DNA from: a virus
Strand: one strand, 5' to 3'
Virus record (IMG/VR): IMGVR_UViG_3300042940_001100
Location: 58,321-122,320 of that record
Length of the DNA stretch: 64,000 nt
Under the pieces are notes generated by a model. That model had not been told where the DNA came from, made no database searches, and saw only the letters and a program-made list of their open reading frames with translations. This document shows positions 31,388-41,183 of the stretch, in pieces (positions within the stretch are counted from its first letter, which is position 1; each line of letters starts with the position of its first letter). A program made the position numbers and the translations under genes.

Positions 31388-32422
31388 TTATAAAATTACT
31401 TGGCCTGTCTCAAATTTAAAGGGTAAATCATACTTATTATTCTTATAATGCCACTCTGCTTCTGCTAGCTTAAGATTTAATTCATTTTGCCAGTTCTGCA
31501 TTGTGGTAGGACTCACTTCAAAACAGTAGACTTGATTATACTTATCTACTACTATAAAATGAAAAACTATTTTCCAATCAGCATCAATACTATCCTTTAG
31601 CTTTTCTTTAACAAGCCTTTGATAAATTGCTGCCTGTAGATTATAGTTATAAAACTTTACGGTCTCTTCAAAGTCTGCAACAGTTTTACCAGTAGTTTTA
31701 AGATCATTGATATAAATGATTTTAGCATCAAAATCAATTTTCATATTATCTATGGCTCCTCTTAGTCCAAAAGATGAAAATTCCGCAGAGCTATACTGAT
31801 CTATAGACAGCATTAGTTCATTGTGTATTTTAGTATTATCCATCTCTGATCGGTATGTACCTAAAAGTTCAGTTGCTTTACTGTTACTCTTAATTACATC
31901 TACTGCTTCATTACATCTTTGTAGTGTTTCATTATCTATTAAATCCTTATTGCCTTTTACTTTTAAGAATTCAAAATAACTTATAGTTTCTTCTGTAATT
32001 ATTTTTGCAAATCTTTGAGCATCTGTCTTGAGTGCCTGATGTAAGTTGATCTCTTTGAGTATATCTAAAATATCTTTTCCAAAATCATCTAGAGTACCTA
32101 TTGTTCCAAAAGAACTAAGGATGTGCTCTTTGTGTTTTTGAAATACTTTATCTATAACTAGTCTTGAGTTGCCTGTGGGTAGAGTGGATGGCAAAAGTAT
32201 GAAACTTTTATCAAAACTACCATCATCAAGCAATAAATTGTGAATAACTTTTCCATCTATTAAATAACTTTCAAGTTTCTCTTCCCTCTGTTGAAGGACA
32301 TAATGTTTGTAATAGAGTTTAGGTGAGAATAGTAATTTATTTAAGCCTGAGTAACTTAGTACCAGGGGCTTACTATAAAATTCTTTCTCTAACTCTTGTG
32401 GTGTTTTTATTGTTTCTATCAT
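31388..32422 (-). CDS. PD-(D/E)XK exonuclease (RecE/ExoVIII-like)
   Basis: LSYSGL..LL..P..Y; RGAIDNM...INDLKTT...YNLQAAIY. Confidence 0.8.
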   Translation of the reverse strand: MIETIKTPQELEKEFYSKPLVLSYSGLNKLLFSPKLYYKHYVLQQREEKLESYLIDGKVIHNLLLDDGSFDKSFILLPSTLPTGNSRLVIDKVFQKHKEHILSSFGTIGTLDDFGKDILDILKEINLHQALKTDAQRFAKIITEETISYFEFLKVKGNKDLIDNETLQRCNEAVDVIKSNSKATELLGTYRSEMDNTKIHNELMLSIDQYSSAEFSSFGLRGAIDNMKIDFDAKIIYINDLKTTGKTVADFEETVKFYNYNLQAAIYQRLVKEKLKDSIDADWKIVFHFIVVDKYNQVYCFEVSPTTMQNWQNELNLKLAEAEWHYKNNKYDLPFKFETGQVIL

Positions 32423-33585
32423 AGATCTGTTAGTACTGATACACCCATTGGATCAGGTGCCGGCATTTGTACTGCAACCGGTTGTTGTACTTGTTGTGCT
32501 GCTTCTTCAGCATCTGTCTCTGCTACTTCCTTCTGGATCTCTTCTACAGGAGCTATATCAGTAAATACAAAATATTCTGTACTACCCTCTATATTATCCT
32601 TGATAACTTTTTTTGCTTCCTTCATCAGTATAGCTAGGTTAGAACTATTAAGTAATCTTTTATCCTTAAGCTTATCAATCATATCATCTATGCTTATACT
32701 ACGTCTAACTTGCAAATCAAAGAAATTAAGATAACTCTTGAAGTTAACATGTGATTTAGTATCTGAATTGTAAATCTCATTCTGATGATGATAAAATACC
32801 ATTAGTAAATACACTGCTGATTTCTCATAATCACAATTAGCCATAGCTTCCATAGCAACTTTATGATCATTATTATCACTACTTTCAAAAAGATTCATGA
32901 TTCCATCATACATTTCTTTATCTACTACACTACCTTCATTAAGTAGAGCTAATAGCGCATCAGAGTGATAAACATCTTTTCCTACCAAAGCATCCATAGC
33001 TTGTTGTTGCTCAACATTAGCTATAAAGAATACTATAGAACGATTTTCACAATTAACTAAGCTATCATCCTCATCATCATCTAAATTATCTTTCTGTACA
33101 ATATCAAGTCTATAGTTATTAAGACCTCTATCTTTAAAACCATAGTAGTCTTCTAAGTATATCACATCCTCTTGAGAGTTTGTTAGATCGGTTATTAGCT
33201 GAATATATCTTTTGTCACCTACTCTTGTAGCTTTTTTTACATAATCAAGAAAATAACTTCTATGCATTAGATGAGCATAATTATCTGTTGAATAATATGC
33301 ATTGTTTCTGTTAGCAGAATCTGGATCCATGAAAAATACATTAGCTGTTTCCTTAGCTTTTGCTATGGATAATTTATGTTTTTCACAAAAACTCTTTAGT
33401 TTAAATCTTGGAATATTACTATCCGGATAGATGAAGATGCGATCTCCAGCTGTTGGCATGTACTTTCTTGGTAATCCTTTTAAAGGACTGTTCTCAAATA
33501 TTTCTATATGAGCATAATCAATTGTATTTTCTGGTTTATGTAGTTTATCAATCATTATGATTGTTCTACCCTCCGGTTTCTTCAT
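32419..33585 (-). CDS. Hypothetical protein in the AAA/VWA cluster
   Basis: 388-aa ORF carrying the shared helical motif described in findings. Confidence 0.7.
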   Translation of the reverse strand: MKKPEGRTIIMIDKLHKPENTIDYAHIEIFENSPLKGLPRKYMPTAGDRIFIYPDSNIPRFKLKSFCEKHKLSIAKAKETANVFFMDPDSANRNNAYYSTDNYAHLMHRSYFLDYVKKATRVGDKRYIQLITDLTNSQEDVIYLEDYYGFKDRGLNNYRLDIVQKDNLDDDEDDSLVNCENRSIVFFIANVEQQQAMDALVGKDVYHSDALLALLNEGSVVDKEMYDGIMNLFESSDNNDHKVAMEAMANCDYEKSAVYLLMVFYHHQNEIYNSDTKSHVNFKSYLNFFDLQVRRSISIDDMIDKLKDKRLLNSSNLAILMKEAKKVIKDNIEGSTEYFVFTDIAPVEEIQKEVAETDAEEAAQQVQQPVAVQMPAPDPMGVSVLTDL

Positions 33586-34075
33586 AATTTTTTATTGTTG
33601 TTTTTGTTAATGGAAGATGTTCATACTTATTCTTAATTTTAAAATCTACATTATAAAATGTATTATTAAATCTTTTAGACACTGTTTCTATAATATCATC
33701 TTCTAGTTTCATATAAATCTCAGAGGTTAACCAACCTTTAGTATTACAGAATTCAGCAAAGTGTAAAGGAGTCATATTACACACAGAAAATAAAGTACTA
33801 AGATCTCTGAAAGATCTGCTAGCTTTTGTTCTTAGATTAACCATATTATTTGTTTTCCACCCAAGTTCTCTGGTCATTTTCCATAGCCAATAAATAGATT
33901 TTTGAATATCACAGGTGTTAAGAATCAGTTGGGCCATCTTGTGATTACCCTCATCATTACTTTTAAGCATACCTAATAAGGTATTATATGTTTCTTCATC
34001 CAATACCGGAGTAGACCCCCCATCTTTCAGGGGAGTTGCTACTACTGGTACATATTTTTCTATTACTTCTTCCAT
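33566..34075 (-). CDS. Hypothetical protein in the AAA/VWA cluster
   Basis: 169-aa ORF carrying the shared helical motif. Confidence 0.7.
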   Translation of the reverse strand: MEEVIEKYVPVVATPLKDGGSTPVLDEETYNTLLGMLKSNDEGNHKMAQLILNTCDIQKSIYWLWKMTRELGWKTNNMVNLRTKASRSFRDLSTLFSVCNMTPLHFAEFCNTKGWLTSEIYMKLEDDIIETVSKRFNNTFYNVDFKIKNKYEHLPLTKTTIKNYEETGG

Positions 34076-35259
34076 TATTTCATGGCTATCTTAACCACAT
34101 CGGCATTAAGCATAAGCTTTTGAAACTTTTGCTTATTTGCATTGATGATCTTCTTAATAATGATATATTTCAAATCATTAGTAAATAAATCATCTGTAGC
34201 AAATCTGATTAAGCGGTCTGTTACTTTTTGTGTAATTGTGTTATCTTCTGCATAGTTTATAGTAAAATTGATTAACCTTTGGGCTAACACACTTGCTATA
34301 TCTGCGCGATACTGAGGTCCGGCACCAATACAAGATCTGATTTCTCCAATAATATATGGTTCATTATCATGAAGTAACATATCTTTAGGAGTAACCATTT
34401 TATCCAACTTGTTATGAATAAATGTAGTAAACATAGTAGTAAAATCACCACTAGTAGTACCTTCACCTAACTGCTGAATCAAACCTAATTGAGCCATAAA
34501 ATCAGGAATAGACATTAAACTATTGAAGAACATAGTTACAGTTCTTGCATTAAGTTCTGTATTCTTTTCCATAAGTTCAGGATGTAATAACAAGAAGTTA
34601 ATACATCTGCCATCAATACCGGTCTTCTCTGCATATCTTGCCCACACAGAAACATCAAACTTATAACTTACATTGATTACACGAGTCTTTTGAGCATTGT
34701 CTAATGCTGTTACACTATATACTCCGTTATCAGGATTAGAAGTTAGAAGTATCATTGATCCTTCTGGTAATCTCCAGTTGTTGTAAGTTTGATTCTCTAT
34801 TAAAGTCATAGTAGCTTGAACAAACTTCTCAGAAGCTCTGCTATAATCATCTAATAAAAGAATGATAGGTCCTGTTGCTGATTGTACCCATTCTGGAGCA
34901 GCATGAGTCATGCGTTTCTCATTAGTTGGTTTATAACCTGCTGTGATATACTGAGGCATAATACCTTCTACTACCCATTTCTTTGTTTCGCCATCTTTGG
35001 CAATCATTTCATGTTCTTTACACGGATAACCTACTAAATCAGAAACATCTTCTAACTCAGCTAAATTTTTCCTTACTAAAGCCATACCCATTTCATTGGC
35101 AAGCTGTAATATAGTTGAAGTCTTTCCTCCACCTGCTTCACCTTCTACATTAACAGTCTGAGCTGGTAGCTTCTTACTGATTAATAATTGATTATTCTTG
35201 TGGATATAGGTTAAAAATTCTTTTAACTCTTCTGCATTTAATGCTATTTGTGCTGACAT
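34075..35259 (-). CDS. AAA+ ATPase (MoxR-like)
   Basis: Walker A GEAGGGKT, DLVGYP, Walker B LLLDD, sensor TSNP, LD.A..TR. Confidence 0.85.
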   Translation of the reverse strand: MSAQIALNAEELKEFLTYIHKNNQLLISKKLPAQTVNVEGEAGGGKTSTILQLANEMGMALVRKNLAELEDVSDLVGYPCKEHEMIAKDGETKKWVVEGIMPQYITAGYKPTNEKRMTHAAPEWVQSATGPIILLLDDYSRASEKFVQATMTLIENQTYNNWRLPEGSMILLTSNPDNGVYSVTALDNAQKTRVINVSYKFDVSVWARYAEKTGIDGRCINFLLLHPELMEKNTELNARTVTMFFNSLMSIPDFMAQLGLIQQLGEGTTSGDFTTMFTTFIHNKLDKMVTPKDMLLHDNEPYIIGEIRSCIGAGPQYRADIASVLAQRLINFTINYAEDNTITQKVTDRLIRFATDDLFTNDLKYIIIKKIINANKQKFQKLMLNADVVKIAMK

Positions 35260-35262
35260 AAT

Positions 35263-36513
35263 TTAATTTAATTTGATTACTAGACCTTGTAGATCATTAT
35301 TAATACTTGATTGAGATGACATTACCCATAATACAGGGCCTCGGCATTTGTCTGGAGCCGGTGCTTCACCATCTGTAAGAAAGATTAAGCAATTATACTT
35401 TCTGAAATTTGCATCATAATAGTCTGTAACAGGTGTAAAGCTAGTTCCACCTCTACCATGAATTTCAAGATCCTTCTTAGGATCAAATCTCTCCATGTGA
35501 TGGATAGCGCTGTCACACTGTATAACCATGATCTCAGTTCCGGTTCTATGAATATGATTCATCTCACCTAAGAACTCTTTAAGCTCATTGGTACTTACTG
35601 AACCTGAGGTATCAATTGCTACTAAGATCTTTCTACGCGTCTTGTGTTTTAAGCCTGGGTTCTCCTGAAATCTGAAGTTAGGCTTGGACCGGGACATCTT
35701 TGTGAAGGTTTTGGTACTACCTCCTACAAACCGTCTTAGGTAACCTCTCCAGTTGAACTTAGGTTCTTCAACAATAGCAATCCTTTTAATGATCTCTGCC
35801 ATCTCTCCAGGAACTGTTCCACGGCTCTTTGTAACTTGATCTGCTACTTCCGATAGGATATGCCCTGTCTGAGTCCTAATTAGCTTCTTAGTGGCTTCAT
35901 CAAGATCATCAAACTCACCCCAAGTACTGTGATCTGGAAGTTGTACTTCTATCTCACCACCACCTTTGGCTCTGATTTTTACCATTTGTCCTCCACCAGG
36001 TTGATCACCTTCTCCAGGCATAGGAATACCAACAGCACCTGCAGCAAGCATAGCATTAAGATTTGGACAATTTCCTGCTTGCTTACCCTGCATTAATTTG
36101 TCATAATAATACTGAGTACCCTTCTTTGCTTCAAGCTTTAGTTCTGGATATGATTCCGGAAGTTGTGGACCTGGAGGTAGGAAATCCTTATCTATATACT
36201 GATTGATCTCAATGTCCATTGCTATATTAGCAATTTCTTTATCTGTAAGATGATCATAATCTGTAATATGGAAAAAGGCAATATGTAGAAGCTCATGCTT
36301 CAATAAACCTATGTGTTGGTTAGTGTTTAGCTTATTCCAAAAGTTTTCATTTATGTAAAGCTGATAGTTAATACCCTGTCTACTTACACCTGCTGTTGGT
36401 ACAGCTTGATTATTCCATTGCTTGTTAAGCATAATTAGGAATAGTCCATAGAAGGGCTCCTTTAACATCAGATCTTTACTGGCTTTGGCCAATTCATCTG
36501 TTTTGTTATTCAT
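35263..36513 (-). CDS. Metallopeptidase-like plus VWA domain protein (DUF2201-like)
   Basis: HELLH zinc motif, NIAMD.EINQ, MIDAS DTSGS, GRGGT, LTDG. Confidence 0.85.
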   Translation of the reverse strand: MNNKTDELAKASKDLMLKEPFYGLFLIMLNKQWNNQAVPTAGVSRQGINYQLYINENFWNKLNTNQHIGLLKHELLHIAFFHITDYDHLTDKEIANIAMDIEINQYIDKDFLPPGPQLPESYPELKLEAKKGTQYYYDKLMQGKQAGNCPNLNAMLAAGAVGIPMPGEGDQPGGGQMVKIRAKGGGEIEVQLPDHSTWGEFDDLDEATKKLIRTQTGHILSEVADQVTKSRGTVPGEMAEIIKRIAIVEEPKFNWRGYLRRFVGGSTKTFTKMSRSKPNFRFQENPGLKHKTRRKILVAIDTSGSVSTNELKEFLGEMNHIHRTGTEIMVIQCDSAIHHMERFDPKKDLEIHGRGGTSFTPVTDYYDANFRKYNCLIFLTDGEAPAPDKCRGPVLWVMSSQSSINNDLQGLVIKLN

Positions 36514-36931
36514 AATCTTTAAGTTTTACTTTGATTTCAATACTTTCAACAAAATCCATTCCTGCAATGGTACTCTTTAAAAACTCAACATATCTTGCAG
36601 TAAAGAATTTTTTGTTCTCATCTTTATATGCAGTTTCATTACCTAAAGCCCTATAAATATCAGAAATTTTTATGTGATATCCAACAGGAATGCCTAGATT
36701 TTCTTGATATTTTAAGTGAGTATTGCATTGCTGAATCCAATTAAGAATATCACATTTTGTATTTTTTCTGAGAAAAGCAATTGCAGCAAAGTTTCTTTGT
36801 TTATCTAATGTTTTAATACAACTAAGAGCTACTTGAACATCTTCAGGTGATGAATTCAACATTTCTTTTAAATTCTTATAGCTTGCTTCATCAATTACTA
36901 GTCTTGTATCGGTAGTGTCTTTAGCATCCAT
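36506..36931 (-). CDS. Hypothetical protein in the AAA/VWA cluster
   Basis: 141-aa ORF carrying the shared helical motif. Confidence 0.65.
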   Translation of the reverse strand: MDAKDTTDTRLVIDEASYKNLKEMLNSSPEDVQVALSCIKTLDKQRNFAAIAFLRKNTKCDILNWIQQCNTHLKYQENLGIPVGYHIKISDIYRALGNETAYKDENKKFFTARYVEFLKSTIAGMDFVESIEIKVKLKDYE

Positions 36932-37245
36932 AGTGGTGTTTTTTTCTCTGTTATGTTATCCAGCCATTCTTTGGCTGATGGGATGTGATTATTACAATCT
37001 TCTTTTACGTGTTGTTCTCCTACATATCTTACATAGACCTTTTTACCGTCCTTATTGAAAAAATGTTTACCAAATACTCTTTCACACTCAAATATTCCTT
37101 CTGAGTGATGGCGGAATACTCTATGTATAGAATGTCCTACCCAAGCTTTAGTAGCATCAAACCATTCATGTATTGGTAAATAGTCTTCTTCTACGCCACC
37201 CCACTTCTTAACTGAGGATTTAGCATGTTCTGATGGATGTGCCAT
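36898..37245 (-). CDS. DUF6915-like His-rich protein
   Basis: MAHP..HA.SSVKKWGG..EDY..IH.WFD.TK...HR..RHH..GIF..E..FG...GEQHV.ED. Confidence 0.7.
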   Translation of the reverse strand: MAHPSEHAKSSVKKWGGVEEDYLPIHEWFDATKAWVGHSIHRVFRHHSEGIFECERVFGKHFFNKDGKKVYVRYVGEQHVKEDCNNHIPSAKEWLDNITEKKTPLWMLKTLPIQD

Positions 37246-37246
37246 A

Positions 37247-37669
37247 TTAATCTCCAAGAGTACCTTCTACATCAGTATGTACTGATTCTGTTACATTAAC
37301 ATAATGATCACCTTTATATTTATAATCTTCTGTAGAAATAAATATAACGCCACCACCACCATCATTGTTATACCAGTCATCTGCATTATCTGCTATACTG
37401 TATATTTTATCTTGTAATAATTCAAATAGATCATTTTCTATATCAGCTAGTACAGCATCTTCTTCAAGTTGTGGAAGGTCATCCTTATTTTCTTCAATAA
37501 CACCGCCTCTTTCTACTAGATACATTTCATCTATAGCACCACTATCACCACTACCGCTATATCTTGCATATATATGAGAGTATCCTTGACTAGCAAGATT
37601 AAATAGTACATGTGTAAAACCGCTATCTAAAGGGATTGTACAGCTTATTTCTTTTTTTTCTTCACTCAT
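37247..37669 (-). CDS. DUF6878-like protein
   Basis: YSGSGDSGAI...DWYNNDGGGG; likely start MSEEKKE at 37669. Confidence 0.65.
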   Translation of the reverse strand: MSEEKKEISCTIPLDSGFTHVLFNLASQGYSHIYARYSGSGDSGAIDEMYLVERGGVIEENKDDLPQLEEDAVLADIENDLFELLQDKIYSIADNADDWYNNDGGGGVIFISTEDYKYKGDHYVNVTESVHTDVEGTLGD

Positions 37670-38090
37670 TTTTCTTCTGTTTATAAAATGAACCAAGGAT
37701 GTTACCATTAAGATACATATCATGCTCTAATACTTCATACTTAAACTGATGCTTTACCTCTTGGTAAGTCAATTCAGTTTTGCTATAGCATATTTTGAGC
37801 ATAGTTCTCTTCATTTTTACTCCTTCTTTCTGTGCTTTTTTAAGCACTTCATTACTACTGTAATAATTGTTGTATGCAGTTTTAGCTACATGCTCATAAG
37901 CTTTCTTTCTTTTGTCTACAGGTAATTTCTTTTTACTAAGCTTCTTTTTTATAAGAGCTTGAAAGTTCTTCTTACCTATATAAGCTACTGATTTACCATC
38001 AATAACTGCTTCGATCATGTAGATGAAACCTACTGCTCCTGGCGGGATGTCTTCATCCTGGAACTGTTTACCATTGTATATCCAACTCAT
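37662..38090 (-). CDS. GIY-YIG-like nuclease
   Basis: W.YNG...GFIYMI...YIGKK...YYSS...E...Q...VL...Y.NGNI. Confidence 0.65.
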   Translation of the reverse strand: MSWIYNGKQFQDEDIPPGAVGFIYMIEAVIDGKSVAYIGKKNFQALIKKKLSKKKLPVDKRKKAYEHVAKTAYNNYYSSNEVLKKAQKEGVKMKRTMLKICYSKTELTYQEVKHQFKYEVLEHDMYLNGNILGSFYKQKKNE

Positions 38091-38200
38091 GAGTTATCTC
38101 TTTCTTGAGCATTCAATGCCTGAGTTATAATCTCATCTTTGAGTTCATCTGTTAATGTTTGAATTGGTAGGCTGAATAGCCACTTCTGAAATTCGTCCAT
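38087..38200 (-). CDS. Small hypothetical protein (37 aa)
   Basis: Manual translation MDEFQKWLFSLPIQTLTDELKDEIITQALNAQERDNS; fills the gap and overlaps the next start (ATGA). Confidence 0.55.
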   Translation of the reverse strand: MDEFQKWLFSLPIQTLTDELKDEIITQALNAQERDNS

Positions 38201-38201
38201 A

Positions 38202-39209
38202 TTACTCTGTTATTACTGCTTGTTTCATTAATTTCTCTTTTAGCATAGGAGTCAAGGTTTCCCTTACCTTGGTTAGAGTTGTATCCCTTACTGAATCTGA
38301 TAGATCTTTGGACATCTCTAGGACAACATAAGGTAAGTCATACTTCTCCTTATACTTTTTCATGGATTCTAATCCTGCTGGATCATTATCAAATAGAGTG
38401 CAGATTCCTTGATACTTATGCTTAAGTGCTGTTATTACATGCTCTTGTATCATTGTGTTTTCACTATCCGGTGCAATGGCTTCTGCATTCTTGTAACCAA
38501 GTTTTGTGAAAGCCATAATATCTTTTAATGAACTACAAATGATTAAATATGGCACCTTCATTGTAAGCTGATCCATACCTTGGATGTAATCTTGTACTTT
38601 GATGAACTTATAGTCTTTCACTAAAGGGTGATAGATTTTATAGAGTGTACCATCTTTCCGGAAGTAACCATACATGTTAGTACTTTTAATCACTTGTTCT
38701 GTGATAGAACCATCTTCTTCTTTTTGTAATTTATAGTCTGATAAAGGAGATACTTTATAAAATTCTAATAGTTTTGATCCTATATTGAATTTACTCCAAT
38801 ATTTATCATCAAAATTACTCCAAGATCTTATAGTGAAATCTACTACTTTATACTTAGACTTTTTCTTGAATTGTCTAATGCCATCATCTTTATTGTTAAG
38901 AATAAAAGCATTATAATCTTCAATAATCTTATGAGCAGTCTCACCTCTTGTAGTAAGCTTTGGCTCAGTAAGCTCCATAATTAAGTTAATTGCATCTCCT
39001 GATTTTCCTGTTGAAAAATCTTTATACTTATAAGTATTATTTGATGCATAATATATGCACATTGAGGGTGTTTTATCATTTTTATTGAACACGGACTTTA
39101 TCTTTATATCTTGTCCTGTTAACTTTTCTTGCAATTGTAAATAGTGTTCAAATATCCATTCTCTTGGAACCTCTGTTATTTCTGTAATTAGTGATTTAGT
39201 TCTCAGCAT
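38202..39209 (-). CDS. DNA primase (TOPRIM, crAss-like type)
   Basis: DKTPS...YKDFSTG..GD N-terminal domain; LIICSSLKD; LFDND.AG; KDLSD. Confidence 0.8.
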   Translation of the reverse strand: MLRTKSLITEITEVPREWIFEHYLQLQEKLTGQDIKIKSVFNKNDKTPSMCIYYASNNTYKYKDFSTGKSGDAINLIMELTEPKLTTRGETAHKIIEDYNAFILNNKDDGIRQFKKKSKYKVVDFTIRSWSNFDDKYWSKFNIGSKLLEFYKVSPLSDYKLQKEEDGSITEQVIKSTNMYGYFRKDGTLYKIYHPLVKDYKFIKVQDYIQGMDQLTMKVPYLIICSSLKDIMAFTKLGYKNAEAIAPDSENTMIQEHVITALKHKYQGICTLFDNDPAGLESMKKYKEKYDLPYVVLEMSKDLSDSVRDTTLTKVRETLTPMLKEKLMKQAVITE

Positions 39210-39269
39210 GCTTCTCTGTTAAATATTAATAATCTGGTGATTCTGTATTTTTGACATAACTGATTATAT

Positions 39270-39298
39270 AAAAGGGGAGACTTAATTGCCTCCCCTTA
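39270..39298 (-). terminator. Intrinsic terminator after the SSB-like gene
   Basis: AAGGGGAG...CTCCCCTT stem followed by U residues on the minus strand. Confidence 0.6.
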
Positions 39299-39302
39299 TT
39301 AA

Positions 39303-39977
39303 TTAAAGTTCAAAATCAGAACCTGCTTTAGAGTCTCCAAACCCTTCTACTTTTTCTTCTTTCTTTTTGCGGATATGATCTGCTTCATTGTATTTAATTA
39401 GCTTTGATACTTGTACATCATCTTTCTCAATAGGTGTTCCATCTTTAGAATACTTAGGTAAAAATAATTCATGAGCTTTGTATCCTCCGCGATTGGTGTA
39501 CTCCTTACCAGCAATACAGAATCTAAAGAATTGATCTTTAAAAGGCTTTTCTTTATTAAAAGCTGTATAGATAGATTCAATTGTAGGATGTTTATCATCC
39601 TGAGCATCAAACCATTTTACACAATCAAAACTTGTGCATAATTGTTTAAGGAATTTCATCATTTCTGAATCTCTGCTAACAGCAATACCACTTTTAGTTT
39701 CACCATCTGCAAAAGCCCATTCTGTAGCTTTTACTACACCTACTTTACCTTTATGGCGACCTAGAGATTCATTGTTTTTATCAATGAAAAATCCTTGGAA
39801 GTCATCACCTAAGTCTTCACCTTCTAGATGAAACATTACATTCAATGCTCCCTCTTTAAACTTGAATTCCTCAAGAGTTACATTATTAATTTTACATAGA
39901 TTTGTTCCTGGTTCTAATGTCTTTGACATTCCACCATCTCCACCAGTTTTGATGTTTTTTGTACTTAAGTTACTCAT
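39303..39977 (-). CDS. Putative single-stranded DNA-binding protein
   Basis: Beta-rich 224-aa protein with an acidic-aromatic tail (GSDFEL), between recombinase and primase. Confidence 0.55.
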   Translation of the reverse strand: MSNLSTKNIKTGGDGGMSKTLEPGTNLCKINNVTLEEFKFKEGALNVMFHLEGEDLGDDFQGFFIDKNNESLGRHKGKVGVVKATEWAFADGETKSGIAVSRDSEMMKFLKQLCTSFDCVKWFDAQDDKHPTIESIYTAFNKEKPFKDQFFRFCIAGKEYTNRGGYKAHELFLPKYSKDGTPIEKDDVQVSKLIKYNEADHIRKKKEEKVEGFGDSKAGSDFEL

Positions 39978-39996
39978 ATTGTTTTTTTTATTTGGA

Positions 39997-40626
39997 TTAT
40001 TTTACTTCTGTATGGGTTACATCTATTATTTCTTTGATAGTACCATCTTCATTACGCTTCACAGCTATCTCCGGGATATTGAAACTATCAGTTAACTCTT
40101 CTGTCATGTACAAACCTAATAATAGATCTGAGCCAACACGATTAGCACCTTTTGCTAAACATCTTGCATACAACATCTCTTTAGGCATCCGCTTCCAGTT
40201 ATCCTTAGTATTTAAACCTTGGCCGGTTGCATCTATCCATGTAAAAGAACAAGTTTCTTCTATACCATCTCTGATAAATACAATAGTAGTTCTTCTATCC
40301 ATAGGATTTTCTGCTATATCTTTTCTCATCTCAGTTACAGAACCATCTTTGTAAACATATACACCATCTTCTTTAGTATAGAATTTTACACCACCTTTTC
40401 TTAGTAAAGCATTAGTTGCTTTTGCACTTAAGCTTAATTTACCTTGAATAGGAATAATGTAATGGAATGCCTGCATTGTAGGAAATCCTAATTCTTTACC
40501 CATCTGCGCGATAGTGAATGCTTGCTCTACAGTTTTTATGTGAGCCGGAAGTTGTTTTGATTCAATGAGGGTTGCTAGAAAGTTTTTTAACTCTCCATCC
40601 CCTGCTACTGTAATTTCTTGTCCCAT
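39997..40626 (-). CDS. RecT-like single-strand annealing recombinase
   Basis: G.ELG...MQA...I..IQGK..L.A...FT..DA...GL..KDNWKRMPKEML.ARC. Confidence 0.7.
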   Translation of the reverse strand: MGQEITVAGDGELKNFLATLIESKQLPAHIKTVEQAFTIAQMGKELGFPTMQAFHYIIPIQGKLSLSAKATNALLRKGGVKFYTKEDGVYVYKDGSVTEMRKDIAENPMDRRTTIVFIRDGIEETCSFTWIDATGQGLNTKDNWKRMPKEMLYARCLAKGANRVGSDLLLGLYMTEELTDSFNIPEIAVKRNEDGTIKEIIDVTHTEVK

Positions 40627-41183
40627 TACTTATTTTTTATAATTATGTTTAACCATTCTTTATTGCTAACTGGTTTGTTAAGCATGATTGCTGCTAAATC
40701 ACGAATAGTCATCTCATTAAAGGGAGGATCTGTTTCCGGATTAGGTAAGCTAAAATCTAAAGCTGGCTTTAATTTAACTTCTTTTTCTGTGGTAATCATA
40801 GCCTCAGGACTAGTTTTTTTGATTACTTTGAGTTCTTCTACAGGCACTAAATATCTTATGTGTCCTGTACCTTCTGTAGGCTCTGTTTTTTCATATTCCT
40901 CTTCAAAGTGCGGGTTGAACTTCCATAAATATAGAGTTCTTTCCGGATCTTCTGGAACATTGTTTCTGTCTGTAAATTCTAGGTATACATCTTGTCCTCT
41001 GCTTATCTCACTATAGAAAAAGCTTATATACAATTCTGTTTTACCTGAAGGCCTATAGGCCAATTTAGGGATTAGTGAATAATCACTTACTCCCAATTTT
41101 TCCATTGCTGCCTTATGAAATTCTTTGATTTTCTTAAGGTTTTCTTTCTTGTCTTCTGGACTACTTACTGTTGGTATACTCAT
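40626..41183 (-). CDS. Hypothetical protein
   Basis: 185-aa ORF coupled (TAATG) to the helicase and recombinase genes. Confidence 0.7.
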   Translation of the reverse strand: MSIPTVSSPEDKKENLKKIKEFHKAAMEKLGVSDYSLIPKLAYRPSGKTELYISFFYSEISRGQDVYLEFTDRNNVPEDPERTLYLWKFNPHFEEEYEKTEPTEGTGHIRYLVPVEELKVIKKTSPEAMITTEKEVKLKPALDFSLPNPETDPPFNEMTIRDLAAIMLNKPVSNKEWLNIIIKNK

